A stretch of DNA of 64,000 nt, taken from positions 103,977 through 167,976 of the IMG/VR virus record IMGVR_UViG_3300005731_000013; one strand, 5' to 3'. Source of the stretch: a virus. Below the pieces are notes generated by a model. It did no database searches, was not told the DNA's origin, and worked only from the letters and a program-made list of their open reading frames with translations. Of the stretch, positions 10,653 through 21,707 are shown piece by piece. Within the stretch, counting starts at the first letter, position 1, and every line of letters starts with the position of its first letter. The translations under genes and the position numbers were made by a program.

Positions 10653-13151
10653 ATGACACAAATTGATAGCACAGAATTTAAATCAGTAACCAGCATTAAT
10701 TTTGCAGACAATGCCGTCGGTGAAATTAGTGCAAATGATTTACGAGTACAAATGGATAACATTGCTGATAGTGTATCATTTGTAAAAACTAGTAATACAA
10801 TTGACCCGACATCAAATGACGATGGAGCAAATACAAATGGATCTGGAACATTCCAAGTAGGTGACCAATGGGTTAATGAAACTAGCGAAACTACTTTCAT
10901 TTGTGTAGATAATTCTACAACTGATGCCAAATGGGTGACAACAGGTGGCGGACTAAATGTAACAATTTCCAATACACCTACAGTAAATGAATTAGCATAT
11001 TTTTCAAGTACAAACGAAATTGAAGGCATTCAAAGTATCACCTATACTCCTGATCAATTGTCAATTGGTGATGATACAAAGGTAAGTATCGGTGCTAGTG
11101 ATCCATTAGGTGATGTTTTATTGCAGATCGGAAGTGATGAAATTGACATAGATAATTTATTACATCTAGAATCAAATGATCAAGTAGTGTCAATGTCAAT
11201 GTCTGACAGCATCGGGTCCTCGATGATTATTAATGATGAAGGCATTTTAAGATTCAAAGTTGGAGGGCTACCAACCACCCCTGGAACAGATTCTACAGAA
11301 ATGTTGAATATTGATCCAGGTGCTGATAGTGTTACTGTTTCAGCCGCTGATCTGTTTGTAAATGATAATAATGTATGGCATAGTGGTAATCAAGGCACGG
11401 AAAGTGGTCTAGATGCAGATCTATTAGATGGGAAAGAAGGCAGTTACTATTTGACTGCTTCTAAGATGATTAATGTTGCAACATATATCCCTGATGCTGC
11501 AAGTCATGATGAAGCATTTGCAAATGCAATCGCAGATGTCCCAGAAGGATCAAATGGGACCATTTATGTCCCATATATTGGAACACATTATGTATTAAGT
11601 GATTATGTTGATTTAGATGGAAGACAAATTACTTGGCATGTTGACGAACAAGCACAATTTGGCGGAGCGAATGGCGCCTGGCCATTACTGAATGGTCCTA
11701 TCAATACAGGCAGATCAATATCAATGCGAGGATTTAGTAACTACAATGATACTTGTAACCTCACATTGCTGTCAGGACCTGGTGCGACAGGTAGTCGTGA
11801 AGCTGGTATTTCAGGATATACACCAAATACTGTTGAGGCGCAAGCATATAGTCATGAACGTGGTCGGGCAGGTATGTATATTGGTATTGGTGATGGTAGT
11901 GATATCGAAGTACCTGATGCAACCTTTACAGCAACATCATTTACACCATTGGTGCCAATTGATGCATCATTGACAGCCCAAATACAAATAGGAATGTTTG
12001 TTGATGTGGCTGGTGATATGTTGTCAGGTGTTCCTTTAAGGTATACTTCACGTATCACAAGTGTTGAAAAAAATGAAGATGGTGAAGCCATCTTAGTGAA
12101 TGTCGAGCAATGGTATTATGCAACTGCGATTGGCTCAGCAGCATCACCAGGTATTCCAGTCGGAACTAATGCAGTTGTTATCAACCCACATAACAAAATT
12201 TGGGGCATTAATATTAATACATATCTAAGAAAGACGTCTGGTGACAAATATGGCGAAACATCTGGGTCATGGATAGAATGCGGCGTATTGAACCAAACTG
12301 GAACAGATGCAACTAATGATTTCGATGCAAACTCACATCCATTGCACTTTTATGGATATGACGCAGCCAATTTGGCAGACTCTACAAATAAAGCAGGGGT
12401 AGCATTCATTTGCCGAGGCTCATCACAAGGTTGGTGGCAAGGGTTCCGTAACATAGGCGCTGACATTGGATTCCATAATGATGGGACAAGTGGTAATGAC
12501 GGCAATTTAGGTTTCGTATCTAGTTCAGGATATGTAGGCAATGCATCATATACTGATGGACACATTGATTCAGATTTCTTAAGTAGAACTAAAGTTGGTG
12601 GTGTTTATGAAAATAACTTCAGGGTGGTTGGTAGCTTGCCAATGATCGAATTAGGTCGAAGAAATGTCGCAACAACACCAAGAATTAAATTTTTTGCAGA
12701 TGGAACTGCTAGTGATGATGATGATGCATTTAATGGTAGTATAACACAAAATAATGCGACAATGAATATTGCTGCAACTAATATCGATTTAACTGCAAGT
12801 GTTGTCGATGTTAGTGGAACATTGCAACGAACAAATGTGCTAACAACAGCATCAGGTGCGTCATATACATTGGTGATTGGTGATCGTGACGCAATTGTAA
12901 CAATGGACCATACAATTGCGAATACATTGACAATCCCTGCAGAATCTACAGTTGATTATGCTGTTGGAACTGAAATCAAAGTTATTCAAGTTGGTGCTGG
13001 GATTACAACAATTGATGTTGATACTGGTGTAACATTGAATAATGTAGTAAACGGTTCTGGAGATTTAGCAAATGCAGGTGATTGTGTCAATCTAGTCAAA
13101 GTAGCATCTGACACATGGTGGGCTGTTGGCGACATTGGGGCGGTTGCATAA
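10653..13151 (+). CDS. Tail fibre/spike protein
   Basis: 832 aa. N-terminus paralogous to 7440; VWHSGNQG...GLDADLLDG fibre motif; C-terminal fibre-tip-like domain ending TWWAVGD. Confidence 0.7.
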   Translation: MTQIDSTEFKSVTSINFADNAVGEISANDLRVQMDNIADSVSFVKTSNTIDPTSNDDGANTNGSGTFQVGDQWVNETSETTFICVDNSTTDAKWVTTGGGLNVTISNTPTVNELAYFSSTNEIEGIQSITYTPDQLSIGDDTKVSIGASDPLGDVLLQIGSDEIDIDNLLHLESNDQVVSMSMSDSIGSSMIINDEGILRFKVGGLPTTPGTDSTEMLNIDPGADSVTVSAADLFVNDNNVWHSGNQGTESGLDADLLDGKEGSYYLTASKMINVATYIPDAASHDEAFANAIADVPEGSNGTIYVPYIGTHYVLSDYVDLDGRQITWHVDEQAQFGGANGAWPLLNGPINTGRSISMRGFSNYNDTCNLTLLSGPGATGSREAGISGYTPNTVEAQAYSHERGRAGMYIGIGDGSDIEVPDATFTATSFTPLVPIDASLTAQIQIGMFVDVAGDMLSGVPLRYTSRITSVEKNEDGEAILVNVEQWYYATAIGSAASPGIPVGTNAVVINPHNKIWGININTYLRKTSGDKYGETSGSWIECGVLNQTGTDATNDFDANSHPLHFYGYDAANLADSTNKAGVAFICRGSSQGWWQGFRNIGADIGFHNDGTSGNDGNLGFVSSSGYVGNASYTDGHIDSDFLSRTKVGGVYENNFRVVGSLPMIELGRRNVATTPRIKFFADGTASDDDDAFNGSITQNNATMNIAATNIDLTASVVDVSGTLQRTNVLTTASGASYTLVIGDRDAIVTMDHTIANTLTIPAESTVDYAVGTEIKVIQVGAGITTIDVDTGVTLNNVVNGSGDLANAGDCVNLVKVASDTWWAVGDIGAVA

Positions 13152-13190
13152 GCAATAAATATTCAAAATAAAGGAATTTGCGTGGAATAT

Positions 13191-13757
13191 ATGAAAATAA
13201 ATGTCCAAGGACATGTATTAATTACAGATGTAGATAGTGGGCAAATTTTGTTGAATCGCCGTAATGCAATTCATAATGAAAATATGAGCGTTGCTATTGC
13301 TAGTACATTAACTGCATCGACAGATATAAATGATAAACTTAGTGTGATAGGCACTATGGCATTTGGTAATGGTGGTGTGATTGTTGAAGGCAATGGCAAC
13401 GTCATCTATAATGAAACAAATGTTATTGAAACAACAGCAGAATTATATAACAAAACATATGAAAAAGATGTAAATTTTTCATATTCAAATGATTATGAAA
13501 ATAACACAAAAATTGTTCATACAAATGGAAAAACATATACTGATATTGTTGTAACTTGCACATTATCATATGATGAGCCACAAGGTCAAGATCCCTATGA
13601 TGATACAGCAGATCAAGAAGGCGATTTTGTTTTTGATGAAATAGGATTAGTGTCACAACAAGGACGATTATTGACGCATTTAATATTCCATCCTGTTCAA
13701 AAATCTGCAAATAGAAAAATACAAGTCATTTATACAGTTAGACTCACACTCAATTAA
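13191..13757 (+). CDS. Virion structural protein (baseplate/tail-fibre attachment-like)
   Basis: QGHVLITD...NAIHNENMS...FVFDEIGL...LLTHLIFHPVQKS pattern; late box at 13154. The ATG at 13191 is preferred to GTG 13182, but the start is uncertain. Confidence 0.55.
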   Translation: MKINVQGHVLITDVDSGQILLNRRNAIHNENMSVAIASTLTASTDINDKLSVIGTMAFGNGGVIVEGNGNVIYNETNVIETTAELYNKTYEKDVNFSYSNDYENNTKIVHTNGKTYTDIVVTCTLSYDEPQGQDPYDDTADQEGDFVFDEIGLVSQQGRLLTHLIFHPVQKSANRKIQVIYTVRLTLN

Positions 13758-13804
13758 GTGCCTGGTTTAAAAGCATAAATATCGTAAAGAATAGGTAAAA
13801 TTCA

Positions 13805-14887
13805 ATGGCATATACAATTAATTATTCAAATGGGACCAAAACTGCATTAAGTGTAGCTAATGGTGCCGTAGATACAACTACAAATATTGGTTTAGTAGGA
13901 CAAAGTTATAAAAATTATGGTGAAGTAATAGCTGAAGATTTGCTTCATTTATTGGAAAATTTTGCAAATGGTGTAGCACCAACAAAACCAGTAGAAGGAC
14001 AGATTTGGTATGATTCGTCTGCAAAGCTATTAAAATATTTTGATAATACAATTGACAATTCAGGCAATTGGAAACCAATTGCATCAATGTCAGTTACATC
14101 ATCACAACCAACTGGTGATGGCGAGAATGAAGGACATTTTTGGATCAATACTGAAACAAATGAGTTCAATGTTTATTATAATGGCGAATGGATAACAATC
14201 AATCAAATTGGTTCGGATACCTCTGTAAAAAATAGGCAACGCCTTGCACGAGATGGTTCACAACGCAATACATTAGAATATATTGTAGGTAGTGAAATTG
14301 TTGCTATTGTTAGTGCAGGTCCAGATGAAGATGGTTTCGGTTATTGGCGTCCCGCAAATGCAGGCCCGACTGCTGAATATCTAGAAGATGGCACAACATT
14401 GTTAGATACACAATTTGGTCAAATTTATAAAGGGTTTAATCTTAACAATGCGAATACTGGAGAATACATTTATCATGGTACTGCAACAACCGCACGTTAT
14501 GCTGACCTTGCAGAACGTTATCATGCTGATGACAATTATGATGCAGGAACAGTAGTCAAACTTGGTGGAATTAATGAAGTAACTATAACTGATAGTGAAT
14601 ATTGTTCTCAAATTTTTGGAGTTGTTTCAAGTAAACCTGGTGTAAGAATGAATGAAGCAGCAGGTCCGAGTGATACACACCCATATATTGCACTTGCAGG
14701 TCGTGTCCCGGTCAAAGTAACAGGTCAGGTCCGTAAAGGAGATAGATTGGTAACGTCATCAATCGATGGACATGCTATGAGTGGCGGAGAAAATGGCGTG
14801 AACTGGGAAATGGTAATTGGCCGAGCATTAGAAGATAAATTAGATGATGCTATAGGCATGATTGAGGTTGCTGTAGGAAACAAATAA
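13805..14887 (+). CDS. Tail/baseplate protein with C-terminal intramolecular-chaperone (peptidase G2-like) domain
   Basis: N-terminal LVGQSYKNYGE...LLENFA...P.EGQIWYD; C-terminal ARYADLAERY...IALAGRVPVKVTG..KGDRLVTS. Confidence 0.65.
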   Translation: MAYTINYSNGTKTALSVANGAVDTTTNIGLVGQSYKNYGEVIAEDLLHLLENFANGVAPTKPVEGQIWYDSSAKLLKYFDNTIDNSGNWKPIASMSVTSSQPTGDGENEGHFWINTETNEFNVYYNGEWITINQIGSDTSVKNRQRLARDGSQRNTLEYIVGSEIVAIVSAGPDEDGFGYWRPANAGPTAEYLEDGTTLLDTQFGQIYKGFNLNNANTGEYIYHGTATTARYADLAERYHADDNYDAGTVVKLGGINEVTITDSEYCSQIFGVVSSKPGVRMNEAAGPSDTHPYIALAGRVPVKVTGQVRKGDRLVTSSIDGHAMSGGENGVNWEMVIGRALEDKLDDAIGMIEVAVGNK

Positions 14888-14888
14888 C

Positions 14889-16142
14889 GTGGATATTCAG
14901 ACTGGTGATACAATTGAAATACAACATTATAATGAGCTGGCTTTAGAAGTCAATAGACTTTATAGTGATAATACTGTCGGTTTAGATTGGACAACATCTG
15001 ACATAATTTTAGACGATGTAGCTGACCCGGCAGGAGAGCCTATTTTGGCTAAAAGAACATTGTCACCAATACCACTATTTGATGATTATTTAGTTGTCAC
15101 AATTGATGATGTAACATTGACTGAGTCAATTGATTATTCAGTTAATTTTACAACTGGTGAAATTACATTTGTTTACGCTTTATCACCTGATGCTGTTTTA
15201 AAAGTATACAATAAAACAACACACAGGTATGGATGGGGGCAGACTGCTAGCATTTATCCGATAACAGTCGGTGATGAAATTGTTCGTGCAGATGAAACAG
15301 TGTCACAGGCCTATCTAGAAGCCAATACTAATAATCTATTAGATAAAGTCAACATAATGGAAATTCGAACTGGCGGCCCTACTGAATTGACTCGTTACAA
15401 CAAAGGTCAAATTATTTCTGCATCAGACAAAATGATAATTCAATCAACTATTGCTGATGATATTGTTGTTGATGACAATTATTGGAAAAATGAAATAGCT
15501 ACTGTATCATCAGATTTTGAATCATTTACTCGGTCATCTGATTGGGATGATCAATTAGTAGGCGAATATAGGTTTACGTGGGATAGTTATGCCGCCATGC
15601 GATATTTTTTCAATTCAGGTTGTAATCTTAGACTCTATCTAGAAATGTCAGGTGACGTTAGTAACCAAGGATATTACAATTGGAATCAAGTCATAACTGA
15701 TATGGGCACGCTAATTATCGATTATACTACAACGTCACAAACAGGAACTGGCGGGACTAGTGAATCATTAGGAATGTATGATTTAACTAGCACGTACCAA
15801 AAGATATTCACATCTGGTTCGCCATCTAACCCAGTTAGCGAAAATGGACCTAATCCTGGCGAATATGGTGACTTTGATGAATATGGTGATTGGTCAGCAT
15901 TAACTTTGGTATGGCATGCAAGAATATCAGATGATACTCCATCAAATGGAGAAATTAGTTTAGATGTTAGAGTTGTGTTGGATGACATGGATATGAATTT
16001 GACCACTGTCGGAACAACATCAAAATATGGCGGTTATAAATTGGCTGATGATGTTGTGGATAATTCAGCAACATTTAGTATGGCTGATTATGTGCCAGTA
16101 ATATCTGAATTGAATAACTTTGAAAATGATGACGACAGCTAA
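14889..16142 (+). CDS. Virion structural protein
   Basis: 417 aa, acidic, with YGWGQ and RYFFNSG motifs; translationally adjacent to the upstream structural gene. Confidence 0.55.
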   Translation: MDIQTGDTIEIQHYNELALEVNRLYSDNTVGLDWTTSDIILDDVADPAGEPILAKRTLSPIPLFDDYLVVTIDDVTLTESIDYSVNFTTGEITFVYALSPDAVLKVYNKTTHRYGWGQTASIYPITVGDEIVRADETVSQAYLEANTNNLLDKVNIMEIRTGGPTELTRYNKGQIISASDKMIIQSTIADDIVVDDNYWKNEIATVSSDFESFTRSSDWDDQLVGEYRFTWDSYAAMRYFFNSGCNLRLYLEMSGDVSNQGYYNWNQVITDMGTLIIDYTTTSQTGTGGTSESLGMYDLTSTYQKIFTSGSPSNPVSENGPNPGEYGDFDEYGDWSALTLVWHARISDDTPSNGEISLDVRVVLDDMDMNLTTVGTTSKYGGYKLADDVVDNSATFSMADYVPVISELNNFENDDDS

Positions 16143-16156
16143 GTCTTAGAAATCAT

Positions 16157-16185
16157 TTGACTTTTTAACAAAAAACGTATATTAT
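16157..16185 (+). promoter_or_regulatory. sigma70-like promoter for the tailoring operon
   Basis: TTGACT-N17-TATTAT, 20 nt upstream of ORF 16205. Confidence 0.7.
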
Positions 16186-16204
16186 AAAAAGAACTTTACA
16201 TGGA

Positions 16205-16558
16205 GTGAATATGGATACACGACTTGAAAAGGCGCTTGCCTTCTCTAAATACCGTTCTACGATTGAAAATCGTAGAACTGCATTGCTACGTAGATTGAAT
16301 GCAATGATAGTAACACATTATAATAATGGCATGTTTAATGCAGATGAAACCACGATCACATATGTGAAAGCATTAATTGATACTGGCATGTCAGACGCAA
16401 TAGTATTGGATTCAAAAAATAATCCTATTGTAATTGCAGACTTGTCTGAATTTTTATCAATATTATTTGAAAATCGTCATGCTGCTATAAATGAATATGC
16501 TGATGAAATAAACAAATTAAATAAAGCACGTAATGTTAAAAAAGCAATGGATTGGTGA
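16205..16558 (+). CDS. Hypothetical protein (helical), first gene of the tailoring operon
   Basis: 117 aa; its TGA overlaps the ATG of the next gene. Confidence 0.7.
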   Translation: MNMDTRLEKALAFSKYRSTIENRRTALLRRLNAMIVTHYNNGMFNADETTITYVKALIDTGMSDAIVLDSKNNPIVIADLSEFLSILFENRHAAINEYADEINKLNKARNVKKAMDW

Positions 16559-17442
16559 TGACATCAGGAATTGCTTTTTTTGCGTATAATACAGAACAAA
16601 TTAATTATCTTAAATTGGCAAGGTTAGCTGCATTATATGCTGCGAAATATATGCCTGGATACCCGATTTGTTTAATTACAGACGATGCTAGTTGGAAATG
16701 GTTTGTCGAGTCTGACGATTATATTGATGATGATTTGTTTGACACCATAGTGTTTACAGATCAACCTTCAAGTGATAATAAACGACTACATAAAGATTCG
16801 CCTTATACAAAATTTGTAAGTGCATTTAAAAATGGAAATAAACACCGTATAAATGAATTTACACCATATGACAAAACATTATTGCTTGATATTGATTATA
16901 TTATTCAAAATAATGATTTAGCATATGTATTTGACAGTGATAGCAGCGTTGCATTATTTCATAATGCAGAAGATTTGATAGGTCGTCCACCTCATGTCGC
17001 ACAACAGAGATTAAATGATATTGGTATTCCAATGTTATGGAGTACAGTTGTATATTTTGATAAACATGATGAAATATCAAAATTATTTTTTGATCTTTGG
17101 GCGCATGTTGCTGACAATTATGATTTTTATCGTTTCACATATGGATTCACTGGTGAAATGTTTAGAACTGATTTTTGCGTCAGTATTGCATGTCATATAT
17201 TGAATGGCATGGGTGCTGGCAATATTATTGATGATTTTCCATCTCCTATGATTTATATGAGTCAATTAGATGATATTGTTTCCATAAATGATATAACAGA
17301 TTGGATCTACTTAGTAAATGATAGGTTGGTTGAATGGGATGATAGTTTAACACGGATTGTCAATGAAAATGTCCATGTTATGAATAAACGTGCATTGGAA
17401 CGTCATTTTAATGATTTGAATACAAAAATAGGTAACATATGA
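16558..17442 (+). CDS. Glycosyltransferase-like protein (GT-A fold)
   Basis: IAFFAYN start; TPYDKTLLLDIDY carries a DxD motif of GT8/nucleotide-diphospho-sugar transferase type. Confidence 0.6.
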   Translation: MTSGIAFFAYNTEQINYLKLARLAALYAAKYMPGYPICLITDDASWKWFVESDDYIDDDLFDTIVFTDQPSSDNKRLHKDSPYTKFVSAFKNGNKHRINEFTPYDKTLLLDIDYIIQNNDLAYVFDSDSSVALFHNAEDLIGRPPHVAQQRLNDIGIPMLWSTVVYFDKHDEISKLFFDLWAHVADNYDFYRFTYGFTGEMFRTDFCVSIACHILNGMGAGNIIDDFPSPMIYMSQLDDIVSINDITDWIYLVNDRLVEWDDSLTRIVNENVHVMNKRALERHFNDLNTKIGNI

Positions 17443-18260
17443 CACAAGGATATATATTTCTAGGGGTTGACGACTATGATAGTGCTGAGAATATCAAACA
17501 TGCATATGCGTTGAGCTTGAGTTTAAAATTGGTCGATCCAACACGTGAAACATGTGTCGTCGTTAATAAATTCGCAGACGTTCCATCACGGTATGAAGAA
17601 GGATTTGATTATATCGTTGAATTACCATTTGGCAGAACGGAAGTAAATCACCATGACATGTATATTGATTTATGGCAATTATATTATTGTACACCATTTG
17701 ATGAAAGTATGTTTGTAGATACATATACTTTGTGTGTTGACAATATTGACAATCTATGGGATATTGCAGTGTTGGATGATTTAGTTTTTCCTGAAGCTGT
17801 CAATTATCGTAATGAATCATATATAGATGAAAGATTCGATATTCAAGAAAAAAACAACATAATGCAATTTGACACTAAATTGATTTATTTCAAACAAAGT
17901 GAAAAATCTGCAGATTTTTTTAAGATGGCAACACCTGTATTCAAATATTGGCGTGATAGTTATAGAGAATGTTTGGGTGAAAGCAGACCAGAAGATTTTA
18001 ATTATAATGTGCTGCTTAACCTAGTAGGCAACTTATTATGCGACCATATAACTATAGCCAAATGGTTTACTTATAGGGACATTACTATCAACTTTTCAAC
18101 AAATGATGAATGGATTGAAAATTTAAATATATGGTATACAAAAGATCTAACTTTGAAAGTTAACAACTATAATCAAGTTGGTTTTGTGCATTATGGCCAA
18201 CCCGCTGTATTAACAGCATCTATATTGAATAAATTAAATGACTATTACAACAAACATTAG
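17439..18260 (+). CDS. Glycosyltransferase-like protein (GT-A fold, degenerate DxD)
   Basis: AYALSLSLK...TPFDESMFVDTY...FVHY; paralogue-like to the upstream gene. Confidence 0.5.
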   Translation: MTQGYIFLGVDDYDSAENIKHAYALSLSLKLVDPTRETCVVVNKFADVPSRYEEGFDYIVELPFGRTEVNHHDMYIDLWQLYYCTPFDESMFVDTYTLCVDNIDNLWDIAVLDDLVFPEAVNYRNESYIDERFDIQEKNNIMQFDTKLIYFKQSEKSADFFKMATPVFKYWRDSYRECLGESRPEDFNYNVLLNLVGNLLCDHITIAKWFTYRDITINFSTNDEWIENLNIWYTKDLTLKVNNYNQVGFVHYGQPAVLTASILNKLNDYYNKH

Positions 18261-19167
18261 AACAACCAGTATTCCTGAATACTATATCTATTATGACGAC
18301 TGGACAGGTGATATACAGTCTGTAGGTAGAAGTTTACGTGAAGTTGATTATCCATATATTGTTGTTAAAGATACTATTGCTGCAAATATTTTAAATGGCA
18401 CGGCTTGTGACAGTGATTATGTAGTGACACCAGATTTGAAGTTGGTTGAAAAATTTAATTTTCAATCAAATAATCAAGACAATGATATTTTTCTGATTCC
18501 AAAATTAAATAATGCCAATTCTGATATCAATATAACATTGTATACAACTAATAATAAATTAGCTATATCAGTTGATGCATCAATTATTGCAAAATATAAT
18601 GCATATAAACATCGAGCAAAAACACCTATAATTAATACAAAACTTGAATTTTACGTCGTAAAAGATGACACGCCAGATTTTTTATTGCAAACAATTATTA
18701 TCGATTTAGATGATTTGATAAATGCAGGTGTGTTGATTTACGATGTGTCACATTTGGTTAAATTTGTTGCATTTGATGATATATGTATTTTAACTAAACA
18801 ATTTTTTGATAGATATAATTTTCAAGTGATAAATGATGAATGTATTGATGAATCAATCACATCTAATAGTAATGCAACATTAGTTTATATATCACAAAAT
18901 GTCAATGGACATCTGATAATCAATCAAGAAAACAATAGCATAAATATCACAAGTAATATATCAATTGGACAATTTGCAGCCTTAGATATTCAAGAACCAT
19001 TACAATGTTACATTGTTGATGAAATTACTGACAATTTGATTCAAGGATTTGAAATAGATGTTAAATCAGTGGTCATAGCAAAATCTATGACCATGTCTTT
19101 TGATTTTGATATTTCGAATTTTGATATTTTATATAAGAATCAAAAGATAATAATTAGTAAAGGATAA
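18238..19167 (+). CDS. Hypothetical protein
   Basis: 309-aa ORF within the operon; no motif recognised. Confidence 0.7.
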   Translation: MTITTNIRTTSIPEYYIYYDDWTGDIQSVGRSLREVDYPYIVVKDTIAANILNGTACDSDYVVTPDLKLVEKFNFQSNNQDNDIFLIPKLNNANSDINITLYTTNNKLAISVDASIIAKYNAYKHRAKTPIINTKLEFYVVKDDTPDFLLQTIIIDLDDLINAGVLIYDVSHLVKFVAFDDICILTKQFFDRYNFQVINDECIDESITSNSNATLVYISQNVNGHLIINQENNSINITSNISIGQFAALDIQEPLQCYIVDEITDNLIQGFEIDVKSVVIAKSMTMSFDFDISNFDILYKNQKIIISKG

Positions 19168-19170
19168 TAA

Positions 19171-20151
19171 ATGACAATGACTCCTATAAATGAGTTTGAT
19201 ATTGTGTTTATAAGTTATGACGAACCAAATGCAGATAAAAATTGGCAAGACTTATTAGATAAGTGTCCTTGGGCTAAACGAAGTCATGGGGTATATGGTA
19301 GTGATGCAGCCCACAAGGCCGCCGCTGCATTATGTGAAACTTCTAGATTTATCACAGTCGATGCAGATAACATTGTCGATCCTGAATTCTTTAATGTAGA
19401 AATTGATATGTCATTGATTGGCAGTAAAGATGTTATTAGTTGGGCAGCCAAAAATGAAATTAATGGGTTAGTATATGGTAATGGCGGAATTAAATGTTGG
19501 CCAAAACATGTTGTTGAAACCATGCGAACACATGAAGCAGCACCTGAAAATAATAAACAGGCGCAAGTTGATTTTTGTTGGAATATTAATTACATACAAA
19601 TGAATAATATGTATTCGACCATTTACAATAATGCAAGTCCATATCAGGCATACAGAGCAGGATTTCGTGAAGGATGTAAAATGACATTAGATGCAGGTGA
19701 TGTTGTGTCTAAATCAAATTTGAATAAACTATATTATAAAAATTACAATAGGCTGTTAGTTTGGCAAAGTGTCGGACGGGATGTGACAAACGGCTTATGG
19801 GCCATCTATGGTGCACGTCTAGGTAGTATTATGACAAACATACGGCAAGATGAATGGGATTGGCGCGACGTGCGTGATTTTAAATGGCATGACCAATTTT
19901 GGAATAATAAAATCGCTCCTCAATTTGAAGATGAAAATGGCGAAGTTTGTATCAATACCGGTTATAAGTGGTCTCCAGAAATTTTGGAAGCGGAAACTCG
20001 TGCCTTAGGTCAAATTGTAACAAATGAGTTAGGTTTCGAAATGGCAGAATTGGACCAGGCTGGCAGTAAATTTTTCAAAAAAGTATATACTAACCCAGCA
20101 AGAGTTGCTCCGTTAGTCAAAGAAGATGACGTTACGAATGGAGTCAATTAA
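19171..20151 (+). CDS. Glycosyltransferase-like protein (GT-A, DAD motif)
   Basis: DIVFISYDEPNAD...FITVDADNIV...LVYGNGGIKCW...AYRAGFREGCK; paralogue of 28633. Confidence 0.6.
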   Translation: MTMTPINEFDIVFISYDEPNADKNWQDLLDKCPWAKRSHGVYGSDAAHKAAAALCETSRFITVDADNIVDPEFFNVEIDMSLIGSKDVISWAAKNEINGLVYGNGGIKCWPKHVVETMRTHEAAPENNKQAQVDFCWNINYIQMNNMYSTIYNNASPYQAYRAGFREGCKMTLDAGDVVSKSNLNKLYYKNYNRLLVWQSVGRDVTNGLWAIYGARLGSIMTNIRQDEWDWRDVRDFKWHDQFWNNKIAPQFEDENGEVCINTGYKWSPEILEAETRALGQIVTNELGFEMAELDQAGSKFFKKVYTNPARVAPLVKEDDVTNGVN

Positions 20152-21707
20152 TGTCTAATGAATATCATAAAAATGCAATTGCAGCAAAAGAAAAATTGGG
20201 GTTGACTAGCAAGTCAATGTGCCTTGCTAAATGGTTACAGGTGAGTATGCATTTGCCACAAGGGTTAACTCAAAGTTGTTATCATCCGCCTACACATCAT
20301 GTTGACATCAATAATCTAAAAAAATCAAAAACTGCGTTGCATAATACTCCAGAAAAAATTAAACAACGACAAGAGATGCTTGATGGTAAACGTCCTTCAG
20401 GATGTGAATATTGTTGGAAAATTGAAGATGCGTCAAATGGACCACACTTATCTGACAGACATTATAAAAGTGGCGAGCGATGGGCAGCACCACATTATGA
20501 TAATGTTATTAAAAGTGGAACAGGCGCTAATATTAATCCGACATACGTAGAGGTAAACTTCAATCAAGCATGTAATTTGAAATGTGTTTATTGCAGTCCG
20601 CATCTAAGCACGGCTTGGGAAAAGGAAATCAATAAACACGGAGATTTCAAATTTTCATCAGGCTATCGGCACAATAATATCGAGAGTCTAAAACAACAAA
20701 ATTTGATGCCAATTGTAGGCGCAAATAAAGATAATCCATATGTAACTGCATTTTGGGAATGGTGGCCTGAATTATATGAAACATTAGAAGTGTTTCGTAT
20801 GACTGGCGGCGAACCACTGATGGATAAAAATACATTCAAGGTTTTGGATTATGTCAATAATAATCCAAATGCTGCAATTGAATTAAGTATCACAAGTAAT
20901 ATGTGTCCTCCAGATAACAAATTGTTGGACAAATTTTTAGAATTGTTGACTGATATTGAACGACCTAGAATTTGGGAAGATAAAAATAAAATCAATCCAA
21001 ACACAAATAATAATTGGTTCATATCCCCCGCATGTAAACACTTTTCATTATATGTTAGTGTTGATTCTGTTGGTGCACAAGCTGAATATATACGGTCAGG
21101 ACTTGATTTTGATATAATGAAGACTAATGTGAATAAAGTATTAGATAACACACACAATACTACAATTTCATTCATCAATACATTTAATATTTTAAGTTTA
21201 CCTCGTCTTAAAGAGTTTTTGCAATTCATATTAGATTTGCGAGTCAAGTATGGTAAAGAATATCAACCTGTCAAACATATTTTGCCTGACAATGCAGCAG
21301 ACCCTACTAATACAACAGATGCTTACGAAGTGCGGCCAAGACAAAAGATATGGTTTGATATGCCATTTTTACAATTTCCAAATTGGCTAGATGTTCAAAA
21401 TTTATCTGAATATCCAGAATATATTGCAATGGTCGAAGATGCAATTGCATTTATGAATGAACACAAAGAAACAGATGATTATCATAATACATTTCATGGA
21501 TTCAAAGAACATGAAATCGCTAAATTAAGTCGTAATTTAGAAGTGATAAAGAATGGAAGACAACAAATTGATGACGATGCCTTGGCAGTCAATAAAAAAA
21601 TGTTTTACGAATATGTGACGCAATTAGATGCCCGCCGTAACACATCATTTATTGAAACGTTTCCTGAATTAAGCAAATGGTATGATGATTGTAAGAATAG
21701 TGTATGA
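20151..21707 (+). CDS. Radical SAM protein with N-terminal Cys-rich (twitch/SPASM-like) domain
   Basis: CNLKCVYC motif, TGGEP motif; N-terminal CLAKW...SCYHP...CEYCW. Confidence 0.9.
   Translation: MSNEYHKNAIAAKEKLGLTSKSMCLAKWLQVSMHLPQGLTQSCYHPPTHHVDINNLKKSKTALHNTPEKIKQRQEMLDGKRPSGCEYCWKIEDASNGPHLSDRHYKSGERWAAPHYDNVIKSGTGANINPTYVEVNFNQACNLKCVYCSPHLSTAWEKEINKHGDFKFSSGYRHNNIESLKQQNLMPIVGANKDNPYVTAFWEWWPELYETLEVFRMTGGEPLMDKNTFKVLDYVNNNPNAAIELSITSNMCPPDNKLLDKFLELLTDIERPRIWEDKNKINPNTNNNWFISPACKHFSLYVSVDSVGAQAEYIRSGLDFDIMKTNVNKVLDNTHNTTISFINTFNILSLPRLKEFLQFILDLRVKYGKEYQPVKHILPDNAADPTNTTDAYEVRPRQKIWFDMPFLQFPNWLDVQNLSEYPEYIAMVEDAIAFMNEHKETDDYHNTFHGFKEHEIAKLSRNLEVIKNGRQQIDDDALAVNKKMFYEYVTQLDARRNTSFIETFPELSKWYDDCKNSV

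Noticed and set aside
548-15722. Many short antisense or alternate-frame ORFs within the structural genes
   Set aside because: They are nested within long coding genes and lack RBS or motif support.
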